Assembly: GCF_001194135.2 (NCBI RefSeq)
Contig: NC_068989.1
Location: 35,803,679 to 35,861,012 of the forward strand
Source: Octopus bimaculoides
Taxonomy: Eukaryota
Reading direction: 5' to 3'
Length of the DNA: 57,334 bases
Shown here: piece after piece, positions 12,576 through 26,049 of the stretch
Layout: each line of letters begins with the position of its first letter
How positions within the stretch are numbered: position 1 is the first letter of the stretch
Made by a program: the position numbers and the translations under genes
Notes under the pieces: generated by a model
The model's input: only the letters and a program-made list of their open reading frames with translations
Databases searched by the model: none
Told to the model about the DNA's origin: nothing

Positions 12576-15384
12576 AGGGAAAGGAAAACCCCGATTCAAA
12601 ACCTCGGCTAGCTTGCGGCCATACCTAACCATGAGAAAGTTTTCGACCTGAAAGAAATAGCAGTATAATCTCTCTCAAACCACACTCTATCATCTTAAAA
12701 AGATAAAATGACACGTTAAATAATGAAGTTTTGGGTTCCCAGCATGTAGGAAAATACAGGTTAGTCACGGCTGGAATGGTATTTTGAAAAATAGTTTCTT
12801 TTTATGGAATTGTAATTTGAAGTATTTGACAAGCTACAATAGATAGTAAAAAACAAATCGACGAAGAAAAAACAAAAACAGTGTAAAAAAAAGTGATATT
12901 CCGAAATCCCACTCTGGTTTGTTTCGAACATATGCGCGCGTGCGTGTGTGCGTGTGCGTGTGCGTGTGTGAAATAATTCATTTTTTAGCGTAACGTGCAC
13001 CAAAGAAGGGAGCTATCGGCCCAGGAAGGATGATTGTTGACTTCGAAAAGGATTCGAACTTAGAAAACAATCAACTAAATATTGCGAGGCATTTTGTCCG
13101 ATACTGTAACGATTCCACCAAATGATAGTGACATGTTCGCTTACTCGGAGTACTAAATTCAACCTCTCGTGTATCCAGGGAACAATGGACTCTTTCGTAC
13201 AAGGTTCAAGGACCCAAGACACTACAGCTCGAATTTTTAGTGGTAGGTTTTTGATTAAATCATTCACCGTTTTCACAGGTTCAGAGGTTTGTGTCTCTTG
13301 GAAGTACAAGCAGTTCCTTCTCATTCAGTTTCTGCCCCTCTTTCTTTTACTTTCAATCTCTCTCTCTCTCTCTCACCCTTTGTTTTCTTCTTTTCTTGCT
13401 TTTCCTCTCTTTCTATACGTCTTCGTTATTCAGATCTCCTTGCACAAAAAATAGGGCGTAAAGTGAAAAAAAAAAAAAGAAGAAAGAAAACGAAAGAAAG
13501 ACTATACAAACACAGACACAAACAGACGACAATAAGTAATAATTATACTACAGCTCTACAAAAGAACTCTATTTGATAGCATGTCATTAAATATCGCCAT
13601 AAAGAAAGATAACTATACAGCTGAATTATCCGCTACCCTAACAGCTCCTTACCTTTTTAGAGTCAACAACAATCAGTGCTTTTAAAAAGAATATAATTAT
13701 GAAGAAACTCCAAATTAAACAGTAGAAAGGGAAGGGCTATATCTCATATGACAGTTGCTTAACTAGGGGTCTTCTATGACAGTTTTATGGTATAGAGCTT
13801 CCATTGTAGTTTCAGTAATGAGAAACTCCAGTCTCAATGTTACAGAGTTATGAAGAATTTTAAGAAAATGCGGCGTTGAATTCATTGTTTTGGTGTTGAA
13901 AAATTGTTCTTACTTAGGAATCAAAACTTGATAGTGGAATCCGATTCAAAGAGAATTTATTATCAATTCGACATGTGAGCAAAAAAGAAATTTGTTCATG
14001 CCTTTCCCAATATAAGCTAAGTAAAATGTTCTGGGGAAAAACACAACTCAAAATCATTGAATGATAGAAGTGAAAGTAAATGAAATAGCTGCAACCAACA
14101 ATTAATCAGTACTATCGCGACACAAGAAATATCCTCAAAGTTTTGTTTGTCTTTTTTCTTAGTAGGAGCGATGAAACACATACCAGTTATGTACTGAAAT
14201 CAATACCAATCGACTATTTTTCTTCCCAGCAAATTGGTTGTTTTAGTCAAAATGGGGTAGCTTTTAATTGCTGCTACTTCATTGAGATGATTTCCCGTGA
14301 CAAGATTTAAGGAGACAAATATCACAGAAATGATTAAAATTAATTACACAACAGACTGAATACTTGAATAGTAAAAGGACAGAAAAATATGAAATTATGA
14401 GATTCCTTTATCCCTAAGGGAATGAAATAAAGGGAACTGCCAACAATGAGCATTTTCCTCTCATTCAACAATTTACATTCTTATTTGAACCCGTTTCTAA
14501 CAAAATTGTAGTGGTTTTTGGTGGGCTGCAACCTTTTGTGTAGCTCAGCGCCCACTTTCAGCGAATTACATATTATAAATGCGTCCCCACCTATGTTTTG
14601 TTTTCGATGTTTATTCGTTTTGTGGGGTTTGAGGGTTTTTTTTTCTTGTAGTGGGATGCAAATTACTTGCACATTGGTTTGTCATCTGTCATATTTCTAC
14701 TCTCTAATATGAACTGCTCATATTTTAATCCAGACAAAGATTTTTGTTTCTAAATATGTTTAAAAATATTAATATTGTACCTGGTTTAAATACTTTATTT
14801 CTAACAATAATCACGACCCTTCTAAACACACAGCGCCTCTTTGTGAGCTCATAATGCTCCAAAGGGGAAACTACTGCCCAGATAAAGAACTGGTTTATCT
14901 TAACTGAAGCCGAGATGACCTGAATAAACATTTTTGTATATACTACCACATTCCATTCCATGTTGCGTGACGTACTTAACGTACCTACTTAAATTACTAA
15001 AGGAGTCTCTTCGAAGCGGTTGCATTCGGTAGAAATAACAGTTAAATTCAACTTATATAATAACCCTACTGTACTGAAGAGAGACGGACACATTTTATAA
15101 TGTGACTCTAGATTATACATTGTAGAATCAAAGTCGTCATGGTGATTTCTTGGCAATTTCTTTGCAGTAAATGTGCTCGTTTTGACCATGTACAAAGGCT
15201 CTTTCTATAATCAGAGATACATCAGTCATATACCTCGACCTCTATCACTACATTGCTGGTATTGATAAAAAAAAAGAAAAGAAACATTACGTGGGGACAA
15301 TTTTGATGGTCTTACAGGAAGCGCTAAATACATTTTTTTCTCTCCACATTTTAACAACATTTATAGCAACATTGTGCCATCCCT

Positions 15385-15757
15385 TTTTATTTGACCCTTT
15401 CAGATACAACACGCCTGAAACAGATGCAGAATCAACCTCTGTGGTTTTTGAACTCAGAACGTGAAGAACCGGAAGAAATGCCGTTGAGCACATTGTACGA
15501 CGCTCTAATGATTTTACTCGGGAATAAGGTTCAAATTTTGGCACAAGGTCAGCAATTTTAGTGGGAGGTGGTTAGTCAATTACAGCGATTCTAGTATTTG
15601 ACTGGTACTTTATTTTAATGACCCCCCCCCCCACTCGGGAAAGATGAAAGGAGAAGTTGACTTTGGCGGGAATTGAACTCAAAATGCGAAGAGTAGGAAT
15701 AAATACGTCAAGGTATTTTGTTCGATGCTCTGAAGATTCTTCCACCCCGCCGCTTGT
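15385..15757 (-). mobile_element. Two degenerate tandem SINE family B-related copies
   Basis: Repeats the blocks TTTGAACTCAGAAC, GGCACAAGG.CAGCAATTTTAG and GATGAAAGG..AAGTTGACTTTGGCGG seen at 9071-9918. Confidence 0.65.
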
Positions 15758-18700
15758 TTTAAGGGAATAATAATCTTTTCNNNNNNNNNNNNNNNNNNNN
15801 NNNNNNNNNNNNNNNNNNNNNNNNNNNNNNNNNNNNNNNNNNNNNNNNNNNNNNNNNNNNNNNNNNNNNNNNNNNNNNNNNNNNNNNNNNNNNNNNNNNN
15901 NNNNNNNNNNNNNNNNNNNNNNNNNNNNNNNNNNNNNNNNNNNNNNNNNNNNNNNNNNNNNNNNNNNNNNNNNNNNNNNNNNNNNNNNNNNNNNNNNNNN
16001 NNNNNNNNNNNNNNNNNNNNNNNNNNNNNNNNNNNNNNNNNNNNNNNNNNNNNNNNNNNNNNNNNNNNNNNNNNNNNNNNNNNNNNNNNNNNNNNNNNNN
16101 NNNNNNNNNNNNNNNNNNNNNNNNNNNNNNNNNNNNNNNNNNNNNNNNNNNNNNNNNNNNNNNNNNNNNNNNNNNNNNNNNNNNNNNNNNNNNNNNNNNN
16201 NNNNNNNNNNNNNNNNNNNNNNNNNNNNNNNNNNNNNNNNNNNNNNNNNNNNNNNNNNNNNNNNNNNNNNNNNNNNNNNNNNNNNNNNNNNNNNNNNNNN
16301 NNNNNNNNNNNNNNNNNNNNNNNNNNNNNNNNNNNNNNNNNNNNNNNNNNNNNNTATATATATATATACATTGTAATTTGGGTCAAATAGGCTGACAAGT
16401 GGAATAAATTCTTAAGATTGTCTTCCTAATGTAGTCATTGTTAACACATGTTGAATAACAACTAAAATTTAAATCGACTGCTTACTAATAAGCAATAGTA
16501 ACGGCGTGAACAAGTTATTTCCGGGAATAGCAGACAACTTCCGGATAGGTTATTTGAAGATTTTAGTTTGAGAGGTCGGTTTAATCACAAACAATTCTTT
16601 TTTTCTTTTTTTGTTGTATACGTGGATTTTTTTTTTTTTTTGCACTTCCTCGAACACTTGACTTTATTGACAGAAGCAAATTATTTTAAATAAGCCAGTG
16701 ATTTAATAAGAAAATGAGAAATGTGCTTAACGAATGACTTGAATATGCTTCAGCTGTTTTAGTCTTCGTAACTGAAGTCTGAACTAAACGTTGTGCAGGA
16801 AGTCACTCAAATACATGACGAGTGAAACCAGATACCAATTACGAGATAGATCTGAAGAATCACATACCCATCGTCAGTTACTTTTAGAGGAAGAAGAATA
16901 AAGAAACCAAATCGTTAACTCGTTCTAGTCCAAAGCAATGTAACTCGTAAAGAATAAACCAGGTGAATTAGAAAGATCGGAACGGGAACAATGATAATGT
17001 CAAGGTTTAAATTATTTGACTTTCAGAATTTTCACAATATGGTAATTGATGAACCAGACGATATATTAAGTCTAGAATAATAAAAATAAAGGTATTTTTT
17101 GACAGAATCCCATACAGTTTCTTACCAAATCTTAGTCACAATGTTTTGGTCAAGATAAGACTATGGTAGAAAGTACTAGTATTCTAAGATAGTCCTTTCC
17201 TTTGACTATTTCATAATAGAGAGAGAGAGAGAGACTAACAAGAATAAAGAGAAGGTAGACATAAACGAAAAAAGTGATTGGCTGGTGACAGGCGCTGATA
17301 AACAATATATTTACTCCCTCAAGAGTTGTACAAATGAAAGCCAGATAATCCTGGAAACACTTGAGAGAAAAACAAGATAGTCATGACTGGAACGCCAATG
17401 TATTATTTCCTGTTATAGCGATTACTATTTACGTACATTGAATGTATGTAAAATGCTTAAGAAATAAAAAATATATTCTTGTAGCACCATACAAGGACTA
17501 AAGTAAATTTTGTTGTGTCGGGTTGTTTTTAAGTTCTTAAAATTTTACTTTAGTTTCAATAAACCACTATAACAGAAATAGCCAAATAGAGTAAATACGA
17601 GAAAGCAAAAAAAAAAAAAAAAAAAAAAAAGACTTTAAGTGAAGAATCACGGAGAAGTGAATTAGAATATGTGATTATTTATTTCAGAATTTAAGGAAGG
17701 CTTTAAACTATTTTATTTGGTCAAGCAATGGTAATCCCATCAGTTGAGGAGGAATACCTTGACGGTAAGCATAACGAAAAGAAGTCATTCAAGACAGTAG
17801 GTATATAACGTGAAGACCTTAAAGGAGTATTGTATGTGTGTGAGAGAGAAGAAAGCTAATATGGTTATCTAAACGAAATGTCACAAGCAGAAAATGGGTT
17901 GCACATCCGCTTCTCAAGACAAACAAAGGTGTAACTGGCTCCTAGGTAAGCAAACGCAGCACACACAAACCCCTCCACACATTAACCTACTTCGAGACTG
18001 ACTTCCATTGAATGCATCCCACGCCTATAAATATCTCAAGCAACTGTTTCAATAGACACTTTCTTCTTCAGACAAGAACCCACCGTTAACATCATCTATT
18101 ATATTTTCTGGCAGACGTAAAAAATTACCTTTCTCACTTGCCTCTCATATTTCTATTAAATCTTTTATATTATCAACTCAGTCCTTCGAAGTCATTTCCT
18201 GTTAAGTGACACGAGACTTATCTTTTGATCTAATCGCAAGTATAAAGGTAAGCTATACAAGGCGGTCGTTTTGTGTTATGATCAAGGAGTCTGCCACATT
18301 TTTAAGACACCTGTAGCTTCGTTCTAGATAGCAGTGGATTCTTCGTTGACTTTTCAAAAGTCATTCAAACAAAACTAGAAAACTAGTTAAATTTAATCCA
18401 CTTAATAAACCAGAGAAATATTTTCCATTATATGCATTTAACTACGTCATGTATACAGTTTAAATAAAATATTTCATAAATGTTCTGGGGTTTTTTTTTT
18501 CATTAAATTTTAAAAAAAAACTCATTGCGTTTATGTAACATTTAAAACCAATTACCACGTTCAAGTGAGTTCCAATAAAGACATACAGATATATTTCAAC
18601 TTACGTTTTCTTTTCTTTTTTTTTTTTCGACTTAATGTGTAATTTCAGTTGATTTATCCGACTTTATGCGAACTTATTTGAAAACATAGATTAAAAAAAC

Positions 18701-18986
18701 ATATTCACGTGTATTCTATTGGACTTCCCTGAAGTAAAAAAGAAATTAAATAAACTACATGCGAAAATATGTAGAAACCATTTATTAGAACAGATAGAAG
18801 CTAATAAATTTTTTGAACTGATTTTTCTTGTTACGTTGTTTTTCGAGTTAAGTTGTACATCTTGGAACCAATTACCGACGTAAGTCGAGGTATGCCTGTA
18901 ATTCTTAGTTTTCTCCTCTCCTCCCCATGCTGAAATATTTCACTCACGAAGAAATAAATGTCTTAAAGAAATATAAAATTTACTCG

Positions 18987-19330
18987 GGCGTGGGTATGTA
19001 GTAAAAAGTTTGCTTTCCAACACTCCCACTGCGTGGCACCTTCAGCGGGTGTCTTCTACTATAGACTGGGTCCGACCAAAGCCTTGTGAGTGAATAAGCC
19101 TGTCGTATGTATGTATATCTATATGTGTGTCTGTTTGTCCCCCACCATCGCTTGATAACCGATGTTGGTGTTTACATCCCCGCAACTTAACGGTTCTGTA
19201 AAAGGGACTGATTGAATAAGTACCAGGTTTAAAAAACAAAATAAGTACTGGGCTCAATTCGTTCGGCTAAAATTCTTCGAGGCAGTACACCAGTCACAGT
19301 CTAATGATTGAAACAAGTAAAAGATAAGAG
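18987..19330 (+). mobile_element. SINE family A
   Basis: CCCACTGCGTGGCACC..CCGACCAAAGCCTTGTGAGTG..ATCGCTTGATAACCGATG..GAAACAAGTAAAAGA; head partly deleted. Confidence 0.85.
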
Positions 19331-20139
19331 ATAAATAAAAAACCACCCAGACTATATTTAAAGTACGGATAGAGCAACAGGTTTTCTGAAGGCAGGTAAT
19401 CAAATGGAATTCCGCTTATTGTAATCACTTTCAGATGAAATGTTTTAGAAAAATAAAAACAACTGACAAAATTAAACGGAGGATATAACATAATTCTGAA
19501 TGATTTGGGGACCCACTAATTTTCATAACAATATCTGATAACATTCTCTTTCATGATTAATATAAGCAGCTTCTGTAGTTAACGCCATATACAGAACTTA
19601 AGTATCATTAGATCTAAATATTGGTAAAATATTTCAATATGTAACTAAATACAAGAATCCATCTATTACTGATATATAATAGTATAATATAAATATGACA
19701 GAGAAACATATACATAGATATAAATAGCTGAACAGAGAGACAAACAGAATGATATATACGTGTGTGTGTGTGTTTAAATCTGTTACAGCATGACTTGTGT
19801 AAAATAAATACGTGCTTATCATATCTTATCATAAACAAGGGAAAGAGGTGTTCAAGGTGGCAGCTAGCAACTAGATGTAGATGTGTCTACAGAAGTGTTT
19901 AAGGTGGTAGCTAGTAGCTAGATGTGGATATGTATCAATAGCTTGGGGTATGGTATGTAAAGGACATGAATATGAATGTCATTAAATCAAGCATGTATAC
20001 GAATGCTAATAAGGTCTGTAGGACCTTTAGGTTAACCTGAGCGTGTGTGTGTATGCATTCATCTCCCCTCTCTTTCTCTCTCTCTCTCTCTCTCTCATAT
20101 GTATGTGTGTGCGCGCGCGCGCATGTGAAGACAATGAAC

Positions 20140-20440
20140 AAAAATAAAGAAGAAAGACAAATCATAAAGATCCTAAGTTTTAATAAATGCATTAGCTTGA
20201 TGCATAAAAATGAAGGAAAACACAATGTTTCGGACGTTAGTCCTTCATCAGAAGAAAAGTATAGATGAAAATGAAAGATGGCATGCGAAAGAGGAAGAGG
20301 AGAAGGAGAAAAAGATAAAAAAGTACGAACGAGGAGTTTGGGGGCCAGGTGGAAATACGGTTCTATAGCGGGGTAGTTAAGAAGGGAAGGGGCATGTACG
20401 AGTGTATTCGTGCTTGACATGAGCATGAGCGCGCGGGTTA
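20140..20440 (-). mobile_element. Possible Penelope-like element 3' UTR / pseudo-LTR relic with hammerhead-like core
   Basis: Minus strand CTGATGA-A-GGAC-TAAC-GTCC-GAAAC at 20251-20227 within a pyrimidine-rich tract. No RT or GIY-YIG coding sequence seen. Confidence 0.4.
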
Positions 20441-20469
20441 GAGATGGCTTTCATCAGAAGTATGTTCAT

Positions 20470-20550
20470 ATTGCGGTCGACTTTGCCTTTCATCCTTTTG
20501 AGGTTGATAAATAAGTACCAGTTAAGCACTAAGTTCGACGTAATCAGCTG
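20470..20550 (+). mobile_element. SINE family B central fragment
   Basis: GGTCGACTTTGCCTTTCATCCTTTTGAGGTTGATAAATAAGTACCAGTT. Confidence 0.7.
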
Positions 20551-21454
20551 CTCTCTCCATCACAATTTCAGGTCTTGTGCCTATAGAAGAATATGGTGTG
20601 TGTGTGTGTGCGCGCGCAATGCTTGTCACTGGATTCCGGTTACTAGTACTTAGGGAGTGGGATACGTGTTGTACAAGCGTATGTCACTTTAATCCAACGA
20701 CATACAAATGTCTCATTCCATCTAGTTCAACATGTCACTTTGTAAAAGTCTTGCGGCAATGGAGGAGTGGCGACGAAAGGACACGCCAGAGCACATGGAT
20801 ATAACGGATATTATCGGGATGATATCGAGTGAGTTTGGCGGCTATCATCTGTTAAGAGGAAGCTATCATCGTGTAGCATGCATGTATCTATGAATATATG
20901 TTTGGGAGTGCTTTTCTTTGAAGTTCTTCACAATTCACGCCGCCGAAAAAATGACAAGGCTTCTTCTGTTTAAGTTAAGACAGTTCTAGACATCTGTAAA
21001 TGAGTTAATATGTAGGCACATATGGGTATATACTTGCACTCATATAACGAATCCCTTCTATGTCTTTTTAACACACAAATATGTGTAAAAGAAATATATA
21101 AGGGGGAATAAATATTATAAATGCGTGTTTTATTACTCATTATGAATGTATATATACCCATAGCCGCGCATATAAGATTAAATGGTTTTAAGAACGATAT
21201 CATGCCGGCATTTTTAGTCAGCTACTAATGATGTAGTTGACGTCTTCAACACAGGTATGGTGCAAACAATTTCTATCGTAAAGTGGTGTTTTGGACGTAT
21301 CCTTATCTCTTTTATTGACCAGGTATTTAGTAGCTACTTCCTGTTCTTGGACAGCGAAAACTGTAGTATTCCTGATGAGGTGTTATTCTTATAGTAGATC
21401 CTGGGGAGCGGGGTAATATACCTACCAATATTGTTGGTATTCTCAAAATGCTTA

Positions 21455-21540
21455 GTGACAATTCATTCGTCTTTACGTTCTGAGTTCAAATTTCGGAAAT
21501 CGATACAATAAATACCAGTTGAACACAGGGGTCGATGTTG
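21455..21540 (+). mobile_element. SINE family B fragment
   Basis: AAATGCTTAG..TCGTCTTTACGTTCTGAGTTCAAATT..ATACCAGTTGAACACAGGGGTCGATGT. Confidence 0.65.
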
Positions 21541-23016
21541 GTATTCTTTAGCTTCCGGGGTAATTTTCTACTGATATGATTAGTATTTCTCCTCCAAGTT
21601 TCTGTTCAAGGTAGGTAGGTTAGTCCCACTACTCTTGGTTCACATGGAGCAGGTAACACTCAGAAAACTTATGAGTACTTATTCCAGAATTTTTAACTTA
21701 ATCTCTTAATTTTTATTACCTTTGCTGTAGAGAGTACACATGTGATGTGCTCATTTCTCATTTTACTGGCTCAGCAAGTGTTGTCTGAGTGACATGATTT
21801 GATACTCAAAGGCTGCCTGGACTGACTTTTATGCCCCTGTTCCCATCACTGTTGATCTTTTCAATTTGCCCCTCCCCCCGCCACCGATCTTTTTGAGCAT
21901 TTCTACGCAGATGTAGTTTTGCATGCCAATTACAAAAATCACAACCATTTTTGGTGAAAGTAATTAAAAAGTTATGAACTTTTGCATGATTGAAACTCTT
22001 TATCCAATCACGTTTATCCATTTTCGATATTCCATCCAGCAAACGAAGTTACTTATATATGTTCCAACAGTAACCCATTAAAACTATCTTCATGTTAGGG
22101 GTTAGAGTTAAGGTTTAGGGCTGGATTTATGGTTAGTGTTATGGTTTGCAGTGCATCACCAAAGAATTTCATTATAAATGTTAATTTGGTTTCTTTCATT
22201 AGGTATTTTCAATTTTAAAGATTTTGTAACATTTTTTCTAAAAAAAAAAAAAATAGTTATAACTTTTCCTTGCGCCGCATTTAGGAAACAAACAAACAAA
22301 AAAATTATGGCACAATGTGTAGAATATGGATCGGTCTGTTTGGCTAAATCTTTTTAAAATTTCAATCTCTGAACGTTTCGTAACTATTACTTTATCAATT
22401 TCTCCAAAAGTGTTTATGATCTTCGAAATTAGCATGATAAATTACATCAAAATAAAAAATACCAATAAAATTGTAAGTAATGTGCAAAACCAAAAAGATT
22501 TCCTGTTTAACTTAGATCCCATCAATATCACTATTGAATGTAGAAGAAACCAATTGGAGTTAGTGTCGTCTTGAAATCCATATGGCGGATTTATCTGAGT
22601 ATCCAGTCAACTATTGTAGATGTTGGTGAAAGTGTAATGAACAGCTATCAACTTTCTAAGCTAGGATTCGAAACCTAATCCCCGTTTTTGCCTCAAGTCA
22701 TCAGCCTATTGTTTTCGTCTATTGCACTAAGAAATGTATGAGAATATGCTGATTTACGAAAAATATAAATACACGAAACCAAATCGCTTCCATCGTCTTT
22801 GGTTTTTACTTCTAATCAGAGACCATCTCTTTTTCTTCCTCCTGCTTTCCGTCCACGATGGAGAAGCAACGTCATTATGCGTCGGACAACACACTACTTT
22901 TACATTCTCTTTCTCTCGTAGTTACGAGATGAAACTATCATACAGGATGGACTGGAGATTTCAAATAACTTGTGTATGTACACAAACAACTCCACGAAGT
23001 TGTATTTTTTATGTTG

Positions 23017-24012
23017 TACGATAATGGGCACGGTTCCGTTAATCCGCTAACAGCTAATTAGCGAAGCTAACTTTTCGTTTAGAGGATTAGCGTTTCCGCT
23101 AACTTTGAAAACCGTTAACGGCCCAATTACCTTCGGCTAAATTTAAGTCCGCTAACAAAATTCATATGCTTGTTGTGGACGTGTCTCCAAGAGTCCGTCA
23201 GGCACGCTATTGGCTGACTACGTGTACACGTGACAAGATATGATTGCTCGACGCAGCAGCAACTAACTAAGAAGCATTGTGTAATTGTGCAGTTTTGAGT
23301 TGTGTTCACACTACAGACAGTCTACAGTGTCAGCAGCAGTGTAAGTTATCGGCTTATCAAGACATCGCTTATCGTTATGGATGGTGAAGACGTTTTTGTT
23401 CAGCCTGAGGATGAAGGGCCTGTTGAGGAGTCTGCAATGGCTGCGGTTGAGGCAGAGGTCGTTCAGGTTGAGAGAGAAGAGTCTCAGAACCCGTGGCCCC
23501 ACCTGGAGGACTACTTTATTCTTACGTCAAGAGATAAGAGGAACGCCAAAATCCTGTACTTCCGGTGCGTTATATGCCAGTCCAATGAGACCACCATCAA
23601 GAGACAAGCGGCGAGCCTCTACAACTTGATGTCGCATGTGGAGAGGAAAAACCCAGCGCATGCCATCCAAACTGAGGAGAGAATCAAGGCCGGCTCTTCC
23701 CGTGGGAAACACAGGTAATCTTCTGGTAGCAGCGCCAGTAGCCAGTCGTCGCGGCCATGTGAAAAGAAAGCACGACAGCCCAGCATTGGCGAGGCGTTTG
23801 CTGAGACTGCTGGCACTTGCGTCCGCCCATCTCCGGGGGACAGAAGGATTGTAGACTTGTTTGTCGACAGCATGCTACCGCTGCATGTAGCAGAGTCCCC
23901 CATTTTTGTAGGCCTGATCAAAACGCTGAACCCCAAGAAGACGTCAATGTCCCGCCGCACCCTGGGCAGGTTGATCATGGCCAGTTATAAACAGCTAGAG
24001 GAATATCTTACA
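23017..24012 (+). mobile_element. hAT transposon 5' portion: subterminal GCTAAC/GTTAA repeats and N-terminal transposase with BED zinc finger
   Basis: Subterminal motif array at 23025-23155. Frame from ATG 23377 reads NPWPHLEDYF..YFRCVICQ..SLYNLMSHVERKNP (BED finger), then one in-frame stop at 23716-23718, then IVDLFVDSMLPLHVAESPIFVGLIKTLNPKKTSMSRRTLGRLI (typical hAT region after BED). Truncated near 24012. Confidence 0.88.
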
Positions 24013-24648
24013 AGATATTTATAAATTAAAATTATACAAGTTTATTAAATCATTATTATGGCGTACGTCATATTTTCTTAATTCAACTTAATTATTTGAT
24101 TATTCATTAAATAATTATGTTCTTTATTAATGTAATAAAATTATAATAGTTAACTGGAAGAAATGTCATAATATATAATATATGGTATATCTATATTCCA
24201 CACATGATTAAGTCTGCGCAGCCAAAACAGCAGTCGTTAATGAAATAACGAACTAACAAACCTTAAGTTCTGAACTTATCAAATTCCGACCCTCATTCCA
24301 TCACCGCCTCCAACGCGACACCTATCAGGGCAGTGTCACTATTTTCAAAACTTTAATAACAAGGTTTTAAATTATAAGCAATATATTCATGAATTTCGAA
24401 CAGCTTAGTAACAAGTGTTAAACTATAGTCCGTGTGATTTCTATAAACAAAATATCGTTACACGATACAGCAATCATATTTCCTGCCTCCTTGCAACCAG
24501 CAAAAAAAATTATACAAATCACGTGATCACAAAATAAACCATTGCTGCTAGCACAGAGATGCGCATGAGGAGCTAGTTTCGATCGTTTAGTAGGCCTTGA
24601 TCATACATTATATCAGTTTAAATATACATATATATATATATATGTATG

Positions 24649-24694
<46 letters not shown>

Positions 24695-26049
24695 GTATGT
24701 ATACATATATACGTATAAATATATACATATATATATGTATTCATGTATATGGTTTCAACATGTACAAATAACAGGGAAAAGATAAATAAATAATTACCAG
24801 GATAGGAAAAATTCACATGAGTACGAAGGATGTCGCAGCCTACTTCTAAAGGTAGAAATTCCAGGGTTAACTGAAATGTTTCTGTATTACAGATACATAA
24901 AGAAATGGAGTTAAACGCAGGTGTTATTCAAATCAAAGATTTGAATAGCACCTGTCTTTAACTCCATTTCTTTCGTCATCCATATANNNNNNNNNNNNNN
25001 NNNNNNNNNNNNNNNNNNNNNNNNNNNNNNNNNNNNNNNNNNNNNNNNNNNNNNNNNNNNNNNNNNNNNNNNNNNNNNNNNNNNNNTATATATATATATA
25101 TATACACATATACATGTATATATACACATATACATGTATATATACACATACATATACATATATATAGACATATATATTCATAAATATACAAATTCGTTTT
25201 GAATTTCAGTCTGGTCAGATCAAAAACAGTCCCTGTTGTATATATACATATATATACATATATGGTGGTTATCTATTCCTTATGCAGAGTTTGATCACCT
25301 CCTGTCCCTACACCTTAGCACCATCATAGCATTTGATGTGGCTTTTTAAACCAGACAAGGTTCTGAAAAGACACATACACAGATTGCACATCCAATTTGG
25401 ACCACCAAGGGCTGCAGATAAGTTCTGATATTTGTGAATCTTAAAATGTCTTTTGAGGCCTCAGTTGCAATAATAACTTCTTAAACCTATAATATAACCC
25501 TTAGTTTTTTTTAAAAATTAGTTTAAAATATGAATGTCCCATAACTTAAATTTTCCTTTAGCTGATACCAGGTATCAGTCTTTTATTAATATTAGCTAAA
25601 TAAGTAAATATATAATCTAATATTTTGAATTATTATACATTTTCCATAAATCTTCTCTATTGGTGTTAATAAGCTACATATACTTTATCATGGTTTTAGT
25701 GATTAAGCTATTTTATTTCTTTTTCTATGGTGTTCTGCCATACTTGATTATTCTATTTCTTTATTATCTTATAATTAGCTTTTATTTATTTATGAAATTA
25801 ATCTAATTTTTGTACCTCTATAAATTCATACCTAACTATACTGGTATATTCACTACTTATAAAGAACTGCTTAGAATATAATTTTATTAATATATAATTA
25901 GCATGTTCTTTTACCTCAATACTCCTTTATTAATACCAGTTTATACCAATTAATCAATATTCACAGATACCATCTGATGAGTTAGTGTTTAAGTGTATAA
26001 TATGTATAGATATTAAACTATTTCTGGATAATTTCTTTTCCTCCCTCTA

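Noticed and set aside
13013-13324. 103-aa ORF, and 14725-14961, as possible laminin exon 2
   Set aside because: No LN-domain motifs in any minus-strand frame.
22922-22973. Plus-strand 52-nt candidate exon with good acceptor and GTATGT donor
   Set aside because: No recognisable protein and no neighbouring exons; expected by chance in 57 kb.
24570-24605. Degenerate ATGATCAAGGCC...GATCGAAACTAG motif (minus)
   Set aside because: Conserved CUGANGA core is absent.
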